Assembly (NCBI GenBank): GCA_947627265.1
Contig: CANQVM010000002.1
Location: 14,269-78,268 of the forward strand
Direction: 5' to 3'
Length of the DNA: 64,000 nt
DNA from: an uncultured Clostridia bacterium
GTDB lineage: Bacteria; Bacillota; Clostridia; TANB77; CAG-508
The stretch's first letter is position 1. The number at the start of each line of letters is the position of its first letter. A model generated the notes under the pieces. The model was not told where the DNA came from and made no database searches. It saw nothing but the letters and a program-made list of their open reading frames with translations. Positions 49,559-60,320 of this stretch are shown here, in pieces. Made by a program: the position numbers and the translations under genes.

Positions 49559-50845
49559 ATGAATTTTAAAGTAGAAAAAACAAAAAAAGAAAATGAAGTT
49601 AAAGTAGAAATAACAGTTGAGGCTATAAAATTTGATGAGGCTATCAAAAAAGTATATTTCAAAAGTGCAAAATATTTTAATATACCAGGATTTAGAAAGG
49701 GAAAAGCACCTCAACAAATCGTAGAAAAATATTATGGAAAAGAAATTTTCTATGAAGATGCTTTTAATGATGTAGCTGGAGAAGCATTAGATGAAGCAAT
49801 AAAAAAAGAAAAATTGGATGTAGTAAGCAAACCAGATATTAATGTTACACAAATTGAAAAAGGAAAAGATTTAATTTTTACAGCGATTATGCAAACAAAA
49901 CCAGAAGCTGAACTTGGAAAATACAAAGGTATAGAAATAAAAAAAATTGAGTATAATGTATCAGATGAAGATATCAATCACGAATTAGGACATATGCAAG
50001 AACATAATTCAAGAATTGTTTCTATAGATAATAGAGCAGTAAAAAGTGGAGATATAACAGTAATTGACTTTGAAGGTTTTGTAAATGGAGAGGCCTTTGA
50101 AGGAGGAAAAGCTGAAGGACACGAATTAGAAATAGGAAGTAATCAATTTATACCAGGATTTGAAGATCAAATAGTTGGAATGAAAATTGATGAAGAAAAA
50201 GAGATAAAAGTAAAATTCCCAGATGAATATTTTTCTAAAGATTTAGCAGGAAAAGATGCAACATTTAAAGTGAAATTACATGAAATAAAGAAAAAAGAGT
50301 TACCTAAATTAGATGATGAATTTGCAAAAGATGTTAGTGAATTTGACACTCTAGAAGAATTAAAAGCAGATATAAAAGCAAAGCAAGAAAAACAAAATGA
50401 AGAAAAAGCAATCTATGAAACACAAGAAGCAGTTATTAAAGCAGTTTGTGAAAATATGAAAGTAGAAATTCCATCAGGAATGATAGAAACAGAAATAGAC
50501 AATATGTTAAAAGATATTGAACAACGACTATCATATCAAGGACTAAAATTAGAACAATATCTTAAAATGATAGGTAAATCAAAAGAAGATATGAGAAAAG
50601 AATATGAACCTCAAGCAATGCAAACGATAAAATCAAGATTAGCATTAGAAGCAGTCGCTAAAGCAGAAAAAATAGAAGCAACAGATAAAGAGATAGAAGA
50701 AAAAATTAAAGAAATGGCTAAGAACTATGGAAAAGAAAATGATGAAGAATTATTAAAAAATGAAAATGTAAAAAATTATATTAAACAAGGATTAGAATCA
50801 GAAAAAACAATAGATTTCTTAGTAAAAAATGCAAAAATAAAATAG
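49559..50845 (+). CDS. tig: trigger factor
   Basis: Ribosome-binding motif FNIPGFRKGKAP, an FKBP PPIase domain (DFEGFVNGEAFEGG...IPGFEDQIVGM) and a C-terminal arm domain. Confidence 0.96.
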   Translation: MNFKVEKTKKENEVKVEITVEAIKFDEAIKKVYFKSAKYFNIPGFRKGKAPQQIVEKYYGKEIFYEDAFNDVAGEALDEAIKKEKLDVVSKPDINVTQIEKGKDLIFTAIMQTKPEAELGKYKGIEIKKIEYNVSDEDINHELGHMQEHNSRIVSIDNRAVKSGDITVIDFEGFVNGEAFEGGKAEGHELEIGSNQFIPGFEDQIVGMKIDEEKEIKVKFPDEYFSKDLAGKDATFKVKLHEIKKKELPKLDDEFAKDVSEFDTLEELKADIKAKQEKQNEEKAIYETQEAVIKAVCENMKVEIPSGMIETEIDNMLKDIEQRLSYQGLKLEQYLKMIGKSKEDMRKEYEPQAMQTIKSRLALEAVAKAEKIEATDKEIEEKIKEMAKNYGKENDEELLKNENVKNYIKQGLESEKTIDFLVKNAKIK

Positions 50846-51062
50846 TACAAAAACAAAAAAAGGTTGGGGTATAATTTCATTAGTAAAATTTTAACTCCAG
50901 CTTTTTTGAATTTAAAATAAAATTAGATATAATATAGATATTAATACTTTAAGATATTAAAATATTAATATTAAAATTTTAAAAATATAAAAAACATCAA
51001 AGTGTTTAAAAATATCTAACAAATAAAAAGCCAAAAAAGTGGCAAAAGAAGGAGGAAAAAAT

Positions 51063-51668
51063 ATGTTAGAAAAAAATAGTTTAGTACCATATGTTATTGA
51101 ACAAACCAGTAAAGGAGAAAGATCATATGATATTTTTTCAAGATTATTAAAAGACAGGATAATATTTTTAGGAGAAGATGTAAATCCAACAACATCTAGT
51201 TTAATTATAGCACAATTATTATTTTTAGAATCTGAGGATCCTGATAAAGAAATAAACTTATATATAAACTCACCAGGAGGATCTATAACAGATGGAATGG
51301 GAATTATAGACACTATGAACTATATAAAATGCCCAGTATCAACAATCTGTATTGGAATGGCAGCAAGTATGGGAGCAGCATTACTTGCTGCAGGAGAAAA
51401 AGGCAAGAGGTTTGCAACACCAAATGCAGAAATATTAATACATCAACCACTAATTGGCGGAGGAGGAATATCTGGTCAAGCAACTGAAGTAAAAATACAT
51501 GCAGATCACTTAGTAAAAACAAGAGAAAAATTAAACAAATTCCTAAGTGAAAGAACAGGTCAATCAATAGAAGCAATTCAAAGAGATACTGAAAGAGACA
51601 ACTATATGACAGCAGAAGAAGCTTTAAAATACGGATTAATTGATGGTATTATGGATAAGAGAAAATAA
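51063..51668 (+). CDS. clpP: ATP-dependent Clp protease proteolytic subunit
   Basis: ATG after [30 protein letters not shown] (active Ser), IHQP (His). Confidence 0.97.
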   Translation: MLEKNSLVPYVIEQTSKGERSYDIFSRLLKDRIIFLGEDVNPTTSSLIIAQLLFLESEDPDKEINLYINSPGGSITDGMGIIDTMNYIKCPVSTICIGMAASMGAALLAAGEKGKRFATPNAEILIHQPLIGGGGISGQATEVKIHADHLVKTREKLNKFLSERTGQSIEAIQRDTERDNYMTAEEALKYGLIDGIMDKRK

Positions 51669-51825
51669 AAAATAAGAAAAAGAAACAAAGGGGATGGTGT
51701 TTAAATATCTCATAAAACATAGCAAAAAATGTCGAAAAAGTAAAATTATTAAAAAAAGAAAAAAGCGACAAAAATATGAGATATTTAAATATTATCTCCT
51801 TTGTTTTAAGAAGGAGAAAAGAAGT

Positions 51826-53154
51826 ATGATGAAAAACGATGCAACCCCCAAGAGTGTAAGATGTTCTTTTTGTGGAAAATCACAAGAGAATGTAAAAAAA
51901 ATAGTAGCTGGACCAGGAGTATATATTTGTGATGAATGTGTTGAACTTTGTACTAGTATTATAGAAGCAGAATTATATGAAGATGAGAAAGCAGGATATA
52001 CATTAAATGAATTAAATAATATTCCAAGTCCAAAAGAAATAAAAAGTGTGTTAGATGATTATGTAATTGGGCAAGATGATGCAAAAAGAACATTATCAGT
52101 TGCTGTATATAATCATTACAAAAGAGTTGCACACGAAGAAACTGCAAAACAAAATGATGTAGAAATTCAAAAAAGTAATATTTTACTTTTAGGACCAACT
52201 GGTTGTGGAAAAACACTTTTAGCAAAAACATTGGCAAGAATTTTAAATGTACCTTTTGCTATTGCAGATGCAACAACATTAACTGAAGCAGGTTATGTAG
52301 GAGAAGATGTTGAAAATATTTTATTAAAATTAATACAAGCTGCTGATGGAGATGTGCAAAAAGCAGAAAAAGGTATTATTTATATTGATGAAATTGATAA
52401 AATAACAAGAAAATCAGAAAACCCATCTATTACAAGAGATGTAAGTGGTGAAGGTGTACAGCAAGCTTTACTAAAAATAATAGAAGGAACAATAGCATCT
52501 GTACCACCACAAGGTGGAAGAAAGCATCCAAACCAAGAATTGATACAAATTAACACAGAAAATATTTTAATTATTTGTGGAGGGGCTTTTGAAGGATTAG
52601 AAAACATTATAAGAGATAGAACAGGTGAGAAAGCCATTGGGTTTGGAAAACAGGTAAAGAGTCAAAAAGATATTAATAAATATGAAATATTTAAAGAATT
52701 GTTACCACAAGATTTACTGAAATTTGGATTAATTCCAGAATTCATTGGAAGACTTCCTATTATAGCAACTTTAAAGGATTTAGATAAAAATGCCTTAATT
52801 CAGATTTTAGTAGAACCTAAAAATTCATTAGTAAAACAATATCAAAAATTATTTGAAATTGATGGCGTAGAATTAGTATTTGAACAAGAAGCATTAGAAG
52901 CAATTGTTGACAAAGCAATTGAAAGAAAAACTGGCGCAAGAGGGCTTCGTTCTATTATTGAAGAAATTATGAGAGATATTATGTTTGAAATACCTTCTAA
53001 TCCAAATATTGAAAAATGCATAATCACAAAACAAACGGTTGTAGATAATGAAGAACCAAAAATAATTATTAATGAAAATTCAGAACAATTAAAAACTGTT
53101 GTAAAAAAGAAAAAAAGACAAACACCTTTTAATAATGAAAAAGAAACAGCTTAA
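51826..53154 (+). CDS. clpX: ATP-dependent Clp protease ATP-binding subunit ClpX
   Basis: ATG 51826 after AAGGAG. Zinc finger CSFCGK...CDEC, Walker [17 protein letters not shown], and the IGF-like loop variant IGFG. Confidence 0.96.
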   Translation: MMKNDATPKSVRCSFCGKSQENVKKIVAGPGVYICDECVELCTSIIEAELYEDEKAGYTLNELNNIPSPKEIKSVLDDYVIGQDDAKRTLSVAVYNHYKRVAHEETAKQNDVEIQKSNILLLGPTGCGKTLLAKTLARILNVPFAIADATTLTEAGYVGEDVENILLKLIQAADGDVQKAEKGIIYIDEIDKITRKSENPSITRDVSGEGVQQALLKIIEGTIASVPPQGGRKHPNQELIQINTENILIICGGAFEGLENIIRDRTGEKAIGFGKQVKSQKDINKYEIFKELLPQDLLKFGLIPEFIGRLPIIATLKDLDKNALIQILVEPKNSLVKQYQKLFEIDGVELVFEQEALEAIVDKAIERKTGARGLRSIIEEIMRDIMFEIPSNPNIEKCIITKQTVVDNEEPKIIINENSEQLKTVVKKKKRQTPFNNEKETA

Positions 53155-53191
53155 AAAATACAAAACTGTACTAAATGCAATTTGGCATTCA

Positions 53192-53234
53192 GGTTGTTAG
53201 CAAAGTATAAAAATTTTGCTAACAGCCTTTTTTA
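53192..53234 (+). terminator. clpX terminator
   Basis: GGTTGTTAGCAAA ... TTTGCTAACAGCC followed by T6. Confidence 0.85.
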
Positions 53235-53292
53235 GATGTATTTTTAGTAATAAAGTGCATATAAATATTAATAATATAAAAAGGGGGATTAT

Positions 53293-54075
53293 ATGAAAAT
53301 AATATCAATTAAAAAGAAAAGAATATTACAAATTACAATAATATTAGTATTTGCTCTAATAGTGGGAGCATTTTCAACATCATTTGGAATGCAATATTAT
53401 TATAAGTTAGACTTTTCAACAGGACTTGTAACGGCAACTACATTAAATGTTAGAAGTGGACCAAGTACGAAATATCCAATTGTGACAACTGTCAAGAAAA
53501 ACGAATATATAAGAGTATTCGCGGGAGTAGGAAATTGGTATATTATACAAACAGATGGAGATTACATAGGAGCTGTTAGTCAAGAATATGTAAAAGCAAT
53601 TTATCCGAGTAGTTCATCAAATACAACGAGTGGAAACAGTGAATCTAATACAGGAGGTAGTACATCAGGAGAAAGTCAAGTATTTAGCAGCATGAATTCT
53701 GATGAACAAGAAGTATTTAATTTAATTAATAAGCAAAGAACAAACAATGGACTTCAAGCATTAAAAGTAGATGGAGAAGTACAAAGGGTAGCTAGAATTA
53801 AAGGAGAAGATATGGTTACAAACAATTATTTTTCACATCAATCACCAACTTATGGTTCGCTTTTCGATATGTTAAGAAGTTTTAAAATTTCTTATAGAAC
53901 AGCAGGTGAAAATATAGCAGCAAATTCTAGTAACAGTGGAGCAGTAAATGCATGGATGAACTCTTCTGGACATAAAGCAAATATATTAAATAGTAGCTTT
54001 AATTATACAGGTATTGGAGTAGTAAGTAGCCCAAAATACGGAAAAATATATGTGCAAGTATTTATTGGAAAATAA
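53293..54075 (+). CDS. exported SH3b + CAP/SCP (YkwD-like) domain protein
   Basis: Signal anchor, SH3b (LNVRSGPSTKYPIV...GNWYIIQ), a Ser/Thr linker and a CAP domain (FNLINKQR...FSHQSPTYG...GENIA...WMNSSGHKANIL). Confidence 0.8.
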   Translation: MKIISIKKKRILQITIILVFALIVGAFSTSFGMQYYYKLDFSTGLVTATTLNVRSGPSTKYPIVTTVKKNEYIRVFAGVGNWYIIQTDGDYIGAVSQEYVKAIYPSSSSNTTSGNSESNTGGSTSGESQVFSSMNSDEQEVFNLINKQRTNNGLQALKVDGEVQRVARIKGEDMVTNNYFSHQSPTYGSLFDMLRSFKISYRTAGENIAANSSNSGAVNAWMNSSGHKANILNSSFNYTGIGVVSSPKYGKIYVQVFIGK

Positions 54076-54210
54076 GATATAAGGGGGACATTGGATAAAT
54101 GTCTCACTTTTTTTGCCTTTTTTTGATGTATTGTGTCAGATTAATATGTAATAGCATATATTAATTATAGTTTAAATAGTATAGTACAATATAAAGAGAG
54201 GTAAAAGGTA

Positions 54211-54708
54211 ATGAGACAAATACAATATAATAGGCAAAATACAATAGAATATGCAAAAAAGTGGGCATTTTTGCGAAACCCAAAATATTATAATTTTGAT
54301 CCTGTAGGAGGAGATTGTACAAACTTTGTATCTCAATGTATATTTGCAGGTAGTAATACTATGAATTATACGAAAAATACAGGATGGTATTATATAAATG
54401 GAAATAATAAATCACCTTCTTGGACGGGAGTAGATTTTTTATATCGATTTTTGATAAATAATAAAAGTGTAGGACCATTTGGAAGAACAGTTCTTCAGCA
54501 AGAAGTAGAATTAGGAGATATTGCACAACTATCTTTTGATGGTAAAAAATTTGAACATACTTTAGTTATTGTTAATATAGAAAACAAATATACATTATCA
54601 GGAATTAAAATTGCATGTCATACTTATGATAGCTACAATAAATCAATTTCAGAATATTCTTTTAATAAAATAAGATTTGTTCATATTGAAGGAGTAAGAA
54701 AATACTAA
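54211..54708 (+). CDS. putative amidase-domain protein (Amidase_6-like, papain-like Cys fold)
   Basis: YNRQNTIEYAKKWA...YYNFDPVGGDCTNFVSQCIFAG ... HTLVIV. Confidence 0.7.
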   Translation: MRQIQYNRQNTIEYAKKWAFLRNPKYYNFDPVGGDCTNFVSQCIFAGSNTMNYTKNTGWYYINGNNKSPSWTGVDFLYRFLINNKSVGPFGRTVLQQEVELGDIAQLSFDGKKFEHTLVIVNIENKYTLSGIKIACHTYDSYNKSISEYSFNKIRFVHIEGVRKY

Positions 54709-54889
54709 AAACATATAGTTACTAGTAAGATAATTATATTATTTATATACTATTAACTGGTACACAATATTATAAATAAAATATAATTTTGTGACCAAAG
54801 ATTTATAAAAAAATAAATAAAATCTTGAAAGCAAAAAATGATTATGATAGAATAAAAATTATGAAAAGGGTTGATGCTAAAATGGGGGT

Positions 54890-55564
54890 ATGCTAATGAA
54901 AAAGATGATAATCATAATCATGGTTTTAGCAATGATATTAGTAGGAATGATAATTTATAGAATTTCAGCGGTAGGTAGCAAAAACAATGTAAATGTACAA
55001 GAAATTACAAATATTGAAGAAAGTATTTCAAAAATATATTTATGGAAAGAATTAACTACTGAAGCATTGCCTGAATTTGATGATATAAATAATTCATCAG
55101 ATTTATGGGCTTGGGAAGTTGTTAAGAAAAACATGGAAAAATTTGAAGTAAGTTATGAAGAAATAGAACAAAAATCAAAGGAATTATTTGGACAAGCTTT
55201 TAGTAAAAAATTTCCTAGAGGTGGAAATCAAAGTTTTCAATATAAAGAAGATAATATTTATATTGCGACAGAAGTAGAATTAGACCAAATGGAGGATGAT
55301 TTTATAATATCATCTATAAAAAATAAAGAAGAAGGATATGAAGTAGAAATTATAGAATACTTAGAAGATTATTCAAATGAACAAAAGATAGTTATTACAA
55401 ACCTACAAAATGAAGAAATTGGACAAGTTAATATAAATGATAGTGAAACTAGTATACAGGAAATAGTTAAGAAAAATGTAAGTAGATTTAATAAAAAGAA
55501 ATTATATTTTAAAAAAGAAAATAACAATTTAATTATACAAAAAATTGAAAAAATACAGGAGTAG
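54890..55564 (+). CDS. membrane-anchored hypothetical protein
   Basis: N-terminal TM (MIIIIMVLAMILVGMIIY). No recognisable motif. Confidence 0.45.
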   Translation: MLMKKMIIIIMVLAMILVGMIIYRISAVGSKNNVNVQEITNIEESISKIYLWKELTTEALPEFDDINNSSDLWAWEVVKKNMEKFEVSYEEIEQKSKELFGQAFSKKFPRGGNQSFQYKEDNIYIATEVELDQMEDDFIISSIKNKEEGYEVEIIEYLEDYSNEQKIVITNLQNEEIGQVNINDSETSIQEIVKKNVSRFNKKKLYFKKENNNLIIQKIEKIQE

Positions 55565-55567
55565 GGA

Positions 55568-56464
55568 ATGTTAGAAAAATTAGAAGAATGCGAAATATGC
55601 CCACATAAATGTAGAGTTAATAGAAAAGAAAAAATTGGGCGCTGTAAAGCAAGAGAAAAAGTAAAAATAGCATTATATTCAATACATGATTTTGAAGAAC
55701 CATGTATAAGTGGTAAAAAAGGCTCTGGAACAGTCTTTTTTTCTAACTGCAATTTAAATTGTATGTTTTGCCAAAACTATGAGATTAGTCAGTTAGGAAA
55801 AGGAAAAGAAATAACTATTGAAAAACTTGCAGAAATTTTTTTAATTCAGCAAAAAAGAGGTGTTCAAAATATAAATTTAGTAACACCAACTAGCTATGTA
55901 ATACAAATTATAGAAGCAATTAAAATTGCAAAAGAAAAGGGATTAAATATTCCTATTATTTATAATACAAACAGTTATGAATGTGTGGAAACTTTAAAAT
56001 TATTAGAAGGTTACATCGATATTTATTTACCAGATTTAAAATATTATGAAAATAACCTAGCTAAAAAATATTCAAAAGTAGATAATTATTTTGAAATAGC
56101 AACAAAAGCAATTAAAGAAATGATTAGGCAAGTGGGAGTGCCTAAATTTAATGAAAGTGGTGTTTTACGAAAAGGAGTTTTAATAAGACATTTAGTATTG
56201 CCAAATCACATTGAAGATAGTAAAAAAGTTCTAAAATGGATAAAAGAAAATATTCCAAAAGAGATTTATATAAGTGTAATGGCCCAATATTTTCCAACTT
56301 ATGAAGCAAAAAAAGATAAAGAATTAAATAGAAAACTAACAAAAAAAGAATGGGAAGAAATAGAAAATTATATACAAGAACTTGAAATTCAAAATGGATA
56401 TGTTCAAGAATTAGGAGAACATGAAGAGGAATATGTTCCAAAGTGGGAAATAGATATGAGTTAA
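55568..56464 (+). CDS. radical SAM protein (PflX/YjjW-like activase family)
   Basis: N-terminal CEICPHKCRV..GRC cluster and the radical-SAM CNLNCMFCQN motif. Confidence 0.8.
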   Translation: MLEKLEECEICPHKCRVNRKEKIGRCKAREKVKIALYSIHDFEEPCISGKKGSGTVFFSNCNLNCMFCQNYEISQLGKGKEITIEKLAEIFLIQQKRGVQNINLVTPTSYVIQIIEAIKIAKEKGLNIPIIYNTNSYECVETLKLLEGYIDIYLPDLKYYENNLAKKYSKVDNYFEIATKAIKEMIRQVGVPKFNESGVLRKGVLIRHLVLPNHIEDSKKVLKWIKENIPKEIYISVMAQYFPTYEAKKDKELNRKLTKKEWEEIENYIQELEIQNGYVQELGEHEEEYVPKWEIDMS

Positions 56465-56547
56465 ATTTATTTAACAAAAAAATAATTTACAAGAAAAAAA
56501 CATTATGATATACTTTGAATATAAAATAATAAGAGGAGATATAAGAA

Positions 56548-57690
56548 ATGAAAATAAAAGTAATTGCATCAACAAAAGTAGGATATGTTTTACCAAAAGA
56601 AGAAGCATTAGATTTTTCAGGAAAATCAGCAGGTATATGTTATTTACCAGATACATTGGAAACATTATTTTCAGAATCACCAGAAAAAACTAAAAAGAGA
56701 GTTAAAGGAAATTTAGAATCAGGACACCATAGTGTTTTTGGGCATGCAACATATAATTTAAGTTTAGAAGGAATTCCTAAAATTATTGCTATGATTTTAA
56801 ATAACGAGAAGATATATAATACATCTGAAAAATCAGCAAGATATACTAAGATGGAACCTTCAGAAGAGGAAAAATCTTTATATGAAAAATGGATAGAAAT
56901 TTACAAAACTGTAATTAGTAAAGAATATCCAAATTTTGATGAAAAAAAAGTTCAAAAATTAGCTCAAGAGAATGCAAGATATTTAATAAGTGTATTTACT
57001 CCAGCAACAATTATGGAATATACAGTTAGTTTCCAACAACTTAATTTCATTGTGAGTTGGTTCGAAGACTACATAGAAAAAGAGCCTGAAACATTATTTT
57101 CTAAAAAATTAAAACAAGCAATGAAGGAATTTTTAAAGGCATTACCTGATTTAAAAGTAGAAAAATTAAATCCAAGACTAAAAGGAAAAAATCTTTCTTT
57201 ATTTGCTGTAAGAGACAGAAAAGAAGAATTTGGAGAAAATTATAGTACAACATATTTGGCAAGTTTTGCAGAACTTGCACAAGCTCAAAGACATAGAACT
57301 TTATATTATGAAATGAGTTTGTTAGACCAAGCTAAATATTATGTTCCAAAAATAATCAGAACTACTGAACTTAAAAAAGAATGGCTAAAAGATATATCTT
57401 CATTAGAACAATATTATCCACAAGGAATGTTAGTAAAAGTAAATGAAAGAGGAACTGTGGAAAATTTTGTTTTAAAATGTACTGAGAGATTATGTGGAGC
57501 AGCACAGCTAGAAATTATGGAACAAACACAAGAAACAATGAATAAATACTTAAAATCGGTAAAAGATAATTCAGCTATTTATGAATATTTGTTGCCATAT
57601 TCAAAAGGTGCAAGATGCACATTTCCTGGGTGGAAGTGTAATGCACCATGTGTATTTGGAGCAAAAAATGCAATGAATAGAAAAATTTAA
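56548..57690 (+). CDS. thyX: ThyX-like FAD-dependent thymidylate synthase (long, divergent)
   Basis: GHHSVFGHATYNLSLEGI...SEKSARY in the N-terminal half and AQAQRHRT in the C-terminal half resemble ThyX motifs. Lies directly upstream of folA. Confidence 0.55.
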   Translation: MKIKVIASTKVGYVLPKEEALDFSGKSAGICYLPDTLETLFSESPEKTKKRVKGNLESGHHSVFGHATYNLSLEGIPKIIAMILNNEKIYNTSEKSARYTKMEPSEEEKSLYEKWIEIYKTVISKEYPNFDEKKVQKLAQENARYLISVFTPATIMEYTVSFQQLNFIVSWFEDYIEKEPETLFSKKLKQAMKEFLKALPDLKVEKLNPRLKGKNLSLFAVRDRKEEFGENYSTTYLASFAELAQAQRHRTLYYEMSLLDQAKYYVPKIIRTTELKKEWLKDISSLEQYYPQGMLVKVNERGTVENFVLKCTERLCGAAQLEIMEQTQETMNKYLKSVKDNSAIYEYLLPYSKGARCTFPGWKCNAPCVFGAKNAMNRKI

Positions 57691-57712
57691 ATACAGTTAA
57701 GGAGAAAATAAA

Positions 57713-58205
57713 ATGTTAAGTATAGTAGTAGCAAAAGCAAAAAATAATATAATAGGAAAAGATAATAAAATAATATGGCACTTACCAGAGGATTTAAAAC
57801 GTTTTAAAGAATTAACAATAAATCATACAATTATAATGGGAAGAAAAACATTTGAATCTTTAGGAGGTATTTTACCAAATAGAAAGCATATCATTTTTAG
57901 TCAAAATCCTGATTTTAAAGTAAATGATGAAAATGTAGAAGTAGTTCATTCTTTATTACAAATACAAGATTTAATAGAAGGAGAAGAAGAAGCATTTGTA
58001 ATTCGGTGGTGCTATGATTTATAATTTCTTAATGCCATATGTAAAGAAAATGTATGTAACAGAAATTGGAGAAGATTTTGAAGGAGATGCCTTTTTTCCA
58101 AAAATAAATACAGATACATGGAGAGAGATAAGCAGACAAAAAGGAATTAAAGATGAAAAAAATAATTTAGATTATGAATTTGTAACATATGAAAGAATTA
58201 AATAA
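57713..58205 (+). CDS. folA: dihydrofolate reductase; needs a +1 shift at CGG 58004
   Basis: IVVAKAKNNIIGKDNKIIWHLPEDLKRFKELT..IIMGRKTFESL, then EEAFVI-GGGAMIYNFLMPYVKKMYVTEIGEDFEGDAFFP. Confidence 0.93.
58004..58007 (+). other. in-frame CGG recoding site (ATT CGGT)
   Basis: The DHFR (V/I)IGGG motif is restored by skipping C58004. Confidence 0.9.
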
Positions 58206-58258
58206 TTATAATAGCTTTTGGTTAAACTAAACATATAAAAAAATTAAGGAGAGATAAA

Positions 58259-59257
58259 ATGTTTAAACCAAAAGCTATTTATTTTGAAAAAGAAATATTA
58301 GATTATCCGTTAGGAAAAGATTTAATGGAAAAATACAAAGAAGTTCCTAAAGTACAAATAGAAAATCACAATAATATTGAGGAAATGAGAAAAAAGGAAA
58401 ATAAAGAATTTCCTGATATGAAAAGAAATTTAATTATAGGGGTTAGAAAAACACATAAATTTGTAGAAAATCATAAAACATCAGATTTTTTAGTACCATA
58501 TACTTCATCTGGTTGTACAGCTTCTTGTATGTATTGTTATTTAGTTTGTAATTATAATAAATGTGCGTATTTAAGACTTTTTGTTAATCGAGAGCAGATG
58601 TTAGAAAAAATTATAAAAACATCAGAAAAGTCAGAGAAAGAATTAACTTTCGAAATAGGTAGCAATAGTGATTTAATTTTAGAAAATACAATTACAGGAA
58701 ATTTACCTTGGACAATTGAAAATTTCAAAGATGTATCAAAAGGTTTTTTAACATTTCCAACTAAATTTGATATGGTAGATGATATTTTAGGATTAGACCA
58801 TAAAGGGAAAATTATAATAAGAATGAGTGTTAATCCAGAAGAAATAATTAACAAAGTAGAATTTGGAACTTCTAGGTTAAAAGGAAGAATAGAAGCAATA
58901 AATAAATTAAAAGAAGCGGGATATAAAATAGGGATTTTAATTGCACCAGTTATTTTAATAGACAATTGGAAACAACTGTATTTGGAATTAATTCAAAAAT
59001 TACATGAAGAATTATCAGAAAAAGTAAAAAAAGATGTTTTTTTTGAAATTATATTTATGACATATAGCTATGTTCATACGAAAATAAATGAAGAAGCCTT
59101 TCCAAATGCAATTAACCTTTATAATAAAGAAATAATGACAGGAAGAGGTAGAGGAAAATATATGTATAAAAAAGATGTAAGGGAAGATGGAGAAATTTTT
59201 TTTAGGGAGCAAATGAATAAGTATTTTCCAAATAATTCAATTGAATATATTGTTTAA
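58259..59257 (+). CDS. splB: spore photoproduct lyase
   Basis: Radical-SAM CTASCMYC motif in the SP-lyase context (PYTSSGCTASCMYCYL...), 332 aa. Fits the sporulation gene content. Confidence 0.85.
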   Translation: MFKPKAIYFEKEILDYPLGKDLMEKYKEVPKVQIENHNNIEEMRKKENKEFPDMKRNLIIGVRKTHKFVENHKTSDFLVPYTSSGCTASCMYCYLVCNYNKCAYLRLFVNREQMLEKIIKTSEKSEKELTFEIGSNSDLILENTITGNLPWTIENFKDVSKGFLTFPTKFDMVDDILGLDHKGKIIIRMSVNPEEIINKVEFGTSRLKGRIEAINKLKEAGYKIGILIAPVILIDNWKQLYLELIQKLHEELSEKVKKDVFFEIIFMTYSYVHTKINEEAFPNAINLYNKEIMTGRGRGKYMYKKDVREDGEIFFREQMNKYFPNNSIEYIV

Positions 59258-59262
59258 AATAA

Positions 59263-59299
59263 AAACACAGATAAATGTAAATTTACTGTGTTTTTTTTT
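59263..59299 (+). terminator. splB terminator
   Basis: ACACAGATAAAT ... ATTTACTGTGT followed by T9. Confidence 0.85.
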
Positions 59300-59316
59300 G
59301 CCATTATCCCCATTCT

Positions 59317-59359
59317 AAAAATTCTAACAAAAGTTTAAAAAACTTTTGTTAGAATTTTT
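59317..59359. repeat. 19-bp perfect inverted repeat
   Basis: AAAAATTCTAACAAAAGTT (59317-59335) / AACTTTTGTTAGAATTTTT (59341-59359), with a 5-nt loop. Confidence 0.9.
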
Positions 59360-59540
59360 GAACGGTCCCCACAATTTCATTTCAAATTTATATATTTAAT
59401 CACTATAACGGATTTAATGGCTGACTAGTAACTTTTAAAAAGCTAAAATATCAAGTATTTCTGATTTATTATTTAAAACAGAGAATAAATATGATATAAT
59501 TCAAAAAAGTAACTAAAATCTCAAAGAATGGAGTAAGAAA

Positions 59541-60242
59541 ATGTCATATATAGAATTTAAAAATGTATGTAAAGAGTACAAAATGGGAGAAATAACTATA
59601 AAAGCATTAGATAATACTAATTTTCAGATTGAAAAAGGAGAACTAGTAGTAATAGTTGGTCCATCAGGAGCCGGAAAAACCACAACACTTAACATTTTAG
59701 GAGGAATGGATAGTGCAACATCAGGGAAAGTTATAGTAGATAAAAAAGAAATTACAAAATTAAAAGGAAAACAATTAATTAAGTATAGAAGAGAAGACAT
59801 AGGATTTGTATTTCAATTTTATAATTTAGTACAAAACTTGACAGCAAAAGAAAATGTAGAATTATCAACACAAATTTGTAAAGATTCATTAGATCCAGAA
59901 GAAGTTTTAGAAAAAGTGGGATTAAGTAATCGTATGAACAATTTTCCATCTCAATTATCAGGAGGAGAACAACAAAGAGTAGCGATTGCAAGAGCAATTG
60001 CCAAAAATCCTAAATTATTATTATGTGATGAGCCAACAGGAGCATTAGATTACAAAACAGGAAAGCAAATTTTAAAATTATTACAAGATACAGCAAAAAA
60101 AGAAAAAATGACAGTATTAATAATTACACATAATGGTGCATTAGCGCCTATGGCAGACAAAGTAATTCATTTTAAGAATGGAACAGCAGAAAATATAGAA
60201 ATCAATAATAATCCAATATCAATAGAAGAAATAGAATGGTAA
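59541..60242 (+). CDS. ABC transporter ATP-binding protein (MacB/LolD-type)
   Basis: Walker [10 protein letters not shown], signature [14 protein letters not shown], Walker [13 protein letters not shown]. Confidence 0.93.
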   Translation: MSYIEFKNVCKEYKMGEITIKALDNTNFQIEKGELVVIVGPSGAGKTTTLNILGGMDSATSGKVIVDKKEITKLKGKQLIKYRREDIGFVFQFYNLVQNLTAKENVELSTQICKDSLDPEEVLEKVGLSNRMNNFPSQLSGGEQQRVAIARAIAKNPKLLLCDEPTGALDYKTGKQILKLLQDTAKKEKMTVLIITHNGALAPMADKVIHFKNGTAENIEINNNPISIEEIEW

Positions 60243-60320
60243 GCTAATAAAGATGTGACATATAATCAATATTTTTTCTTACATATCATTAATATTAAAA
60301 CTTACTTGGAGGTGAGATTG

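Noticed and set aside
51694-51825. N-terminal extensions in the ORF track. Examples: clpX from 51694, clpP from 51039, tig from 49550, rpmB to 49407 and the NifU-like gene from 27403.
   Set aside because: Internal ATGs preceded by well-spaced AGGAG-type RBSs give N-termini matching the conserved family starts. The extensions are basic, low-complexity read-in.
56471-56693. Small overlapping ORFs at 56471-56680(-) and 56505-56693(+) lie at the thyX-like 5' end.
   Set aside because: They overlap the RBS and start of the 380-aa gene, have no RBS of their own and have junk composition.
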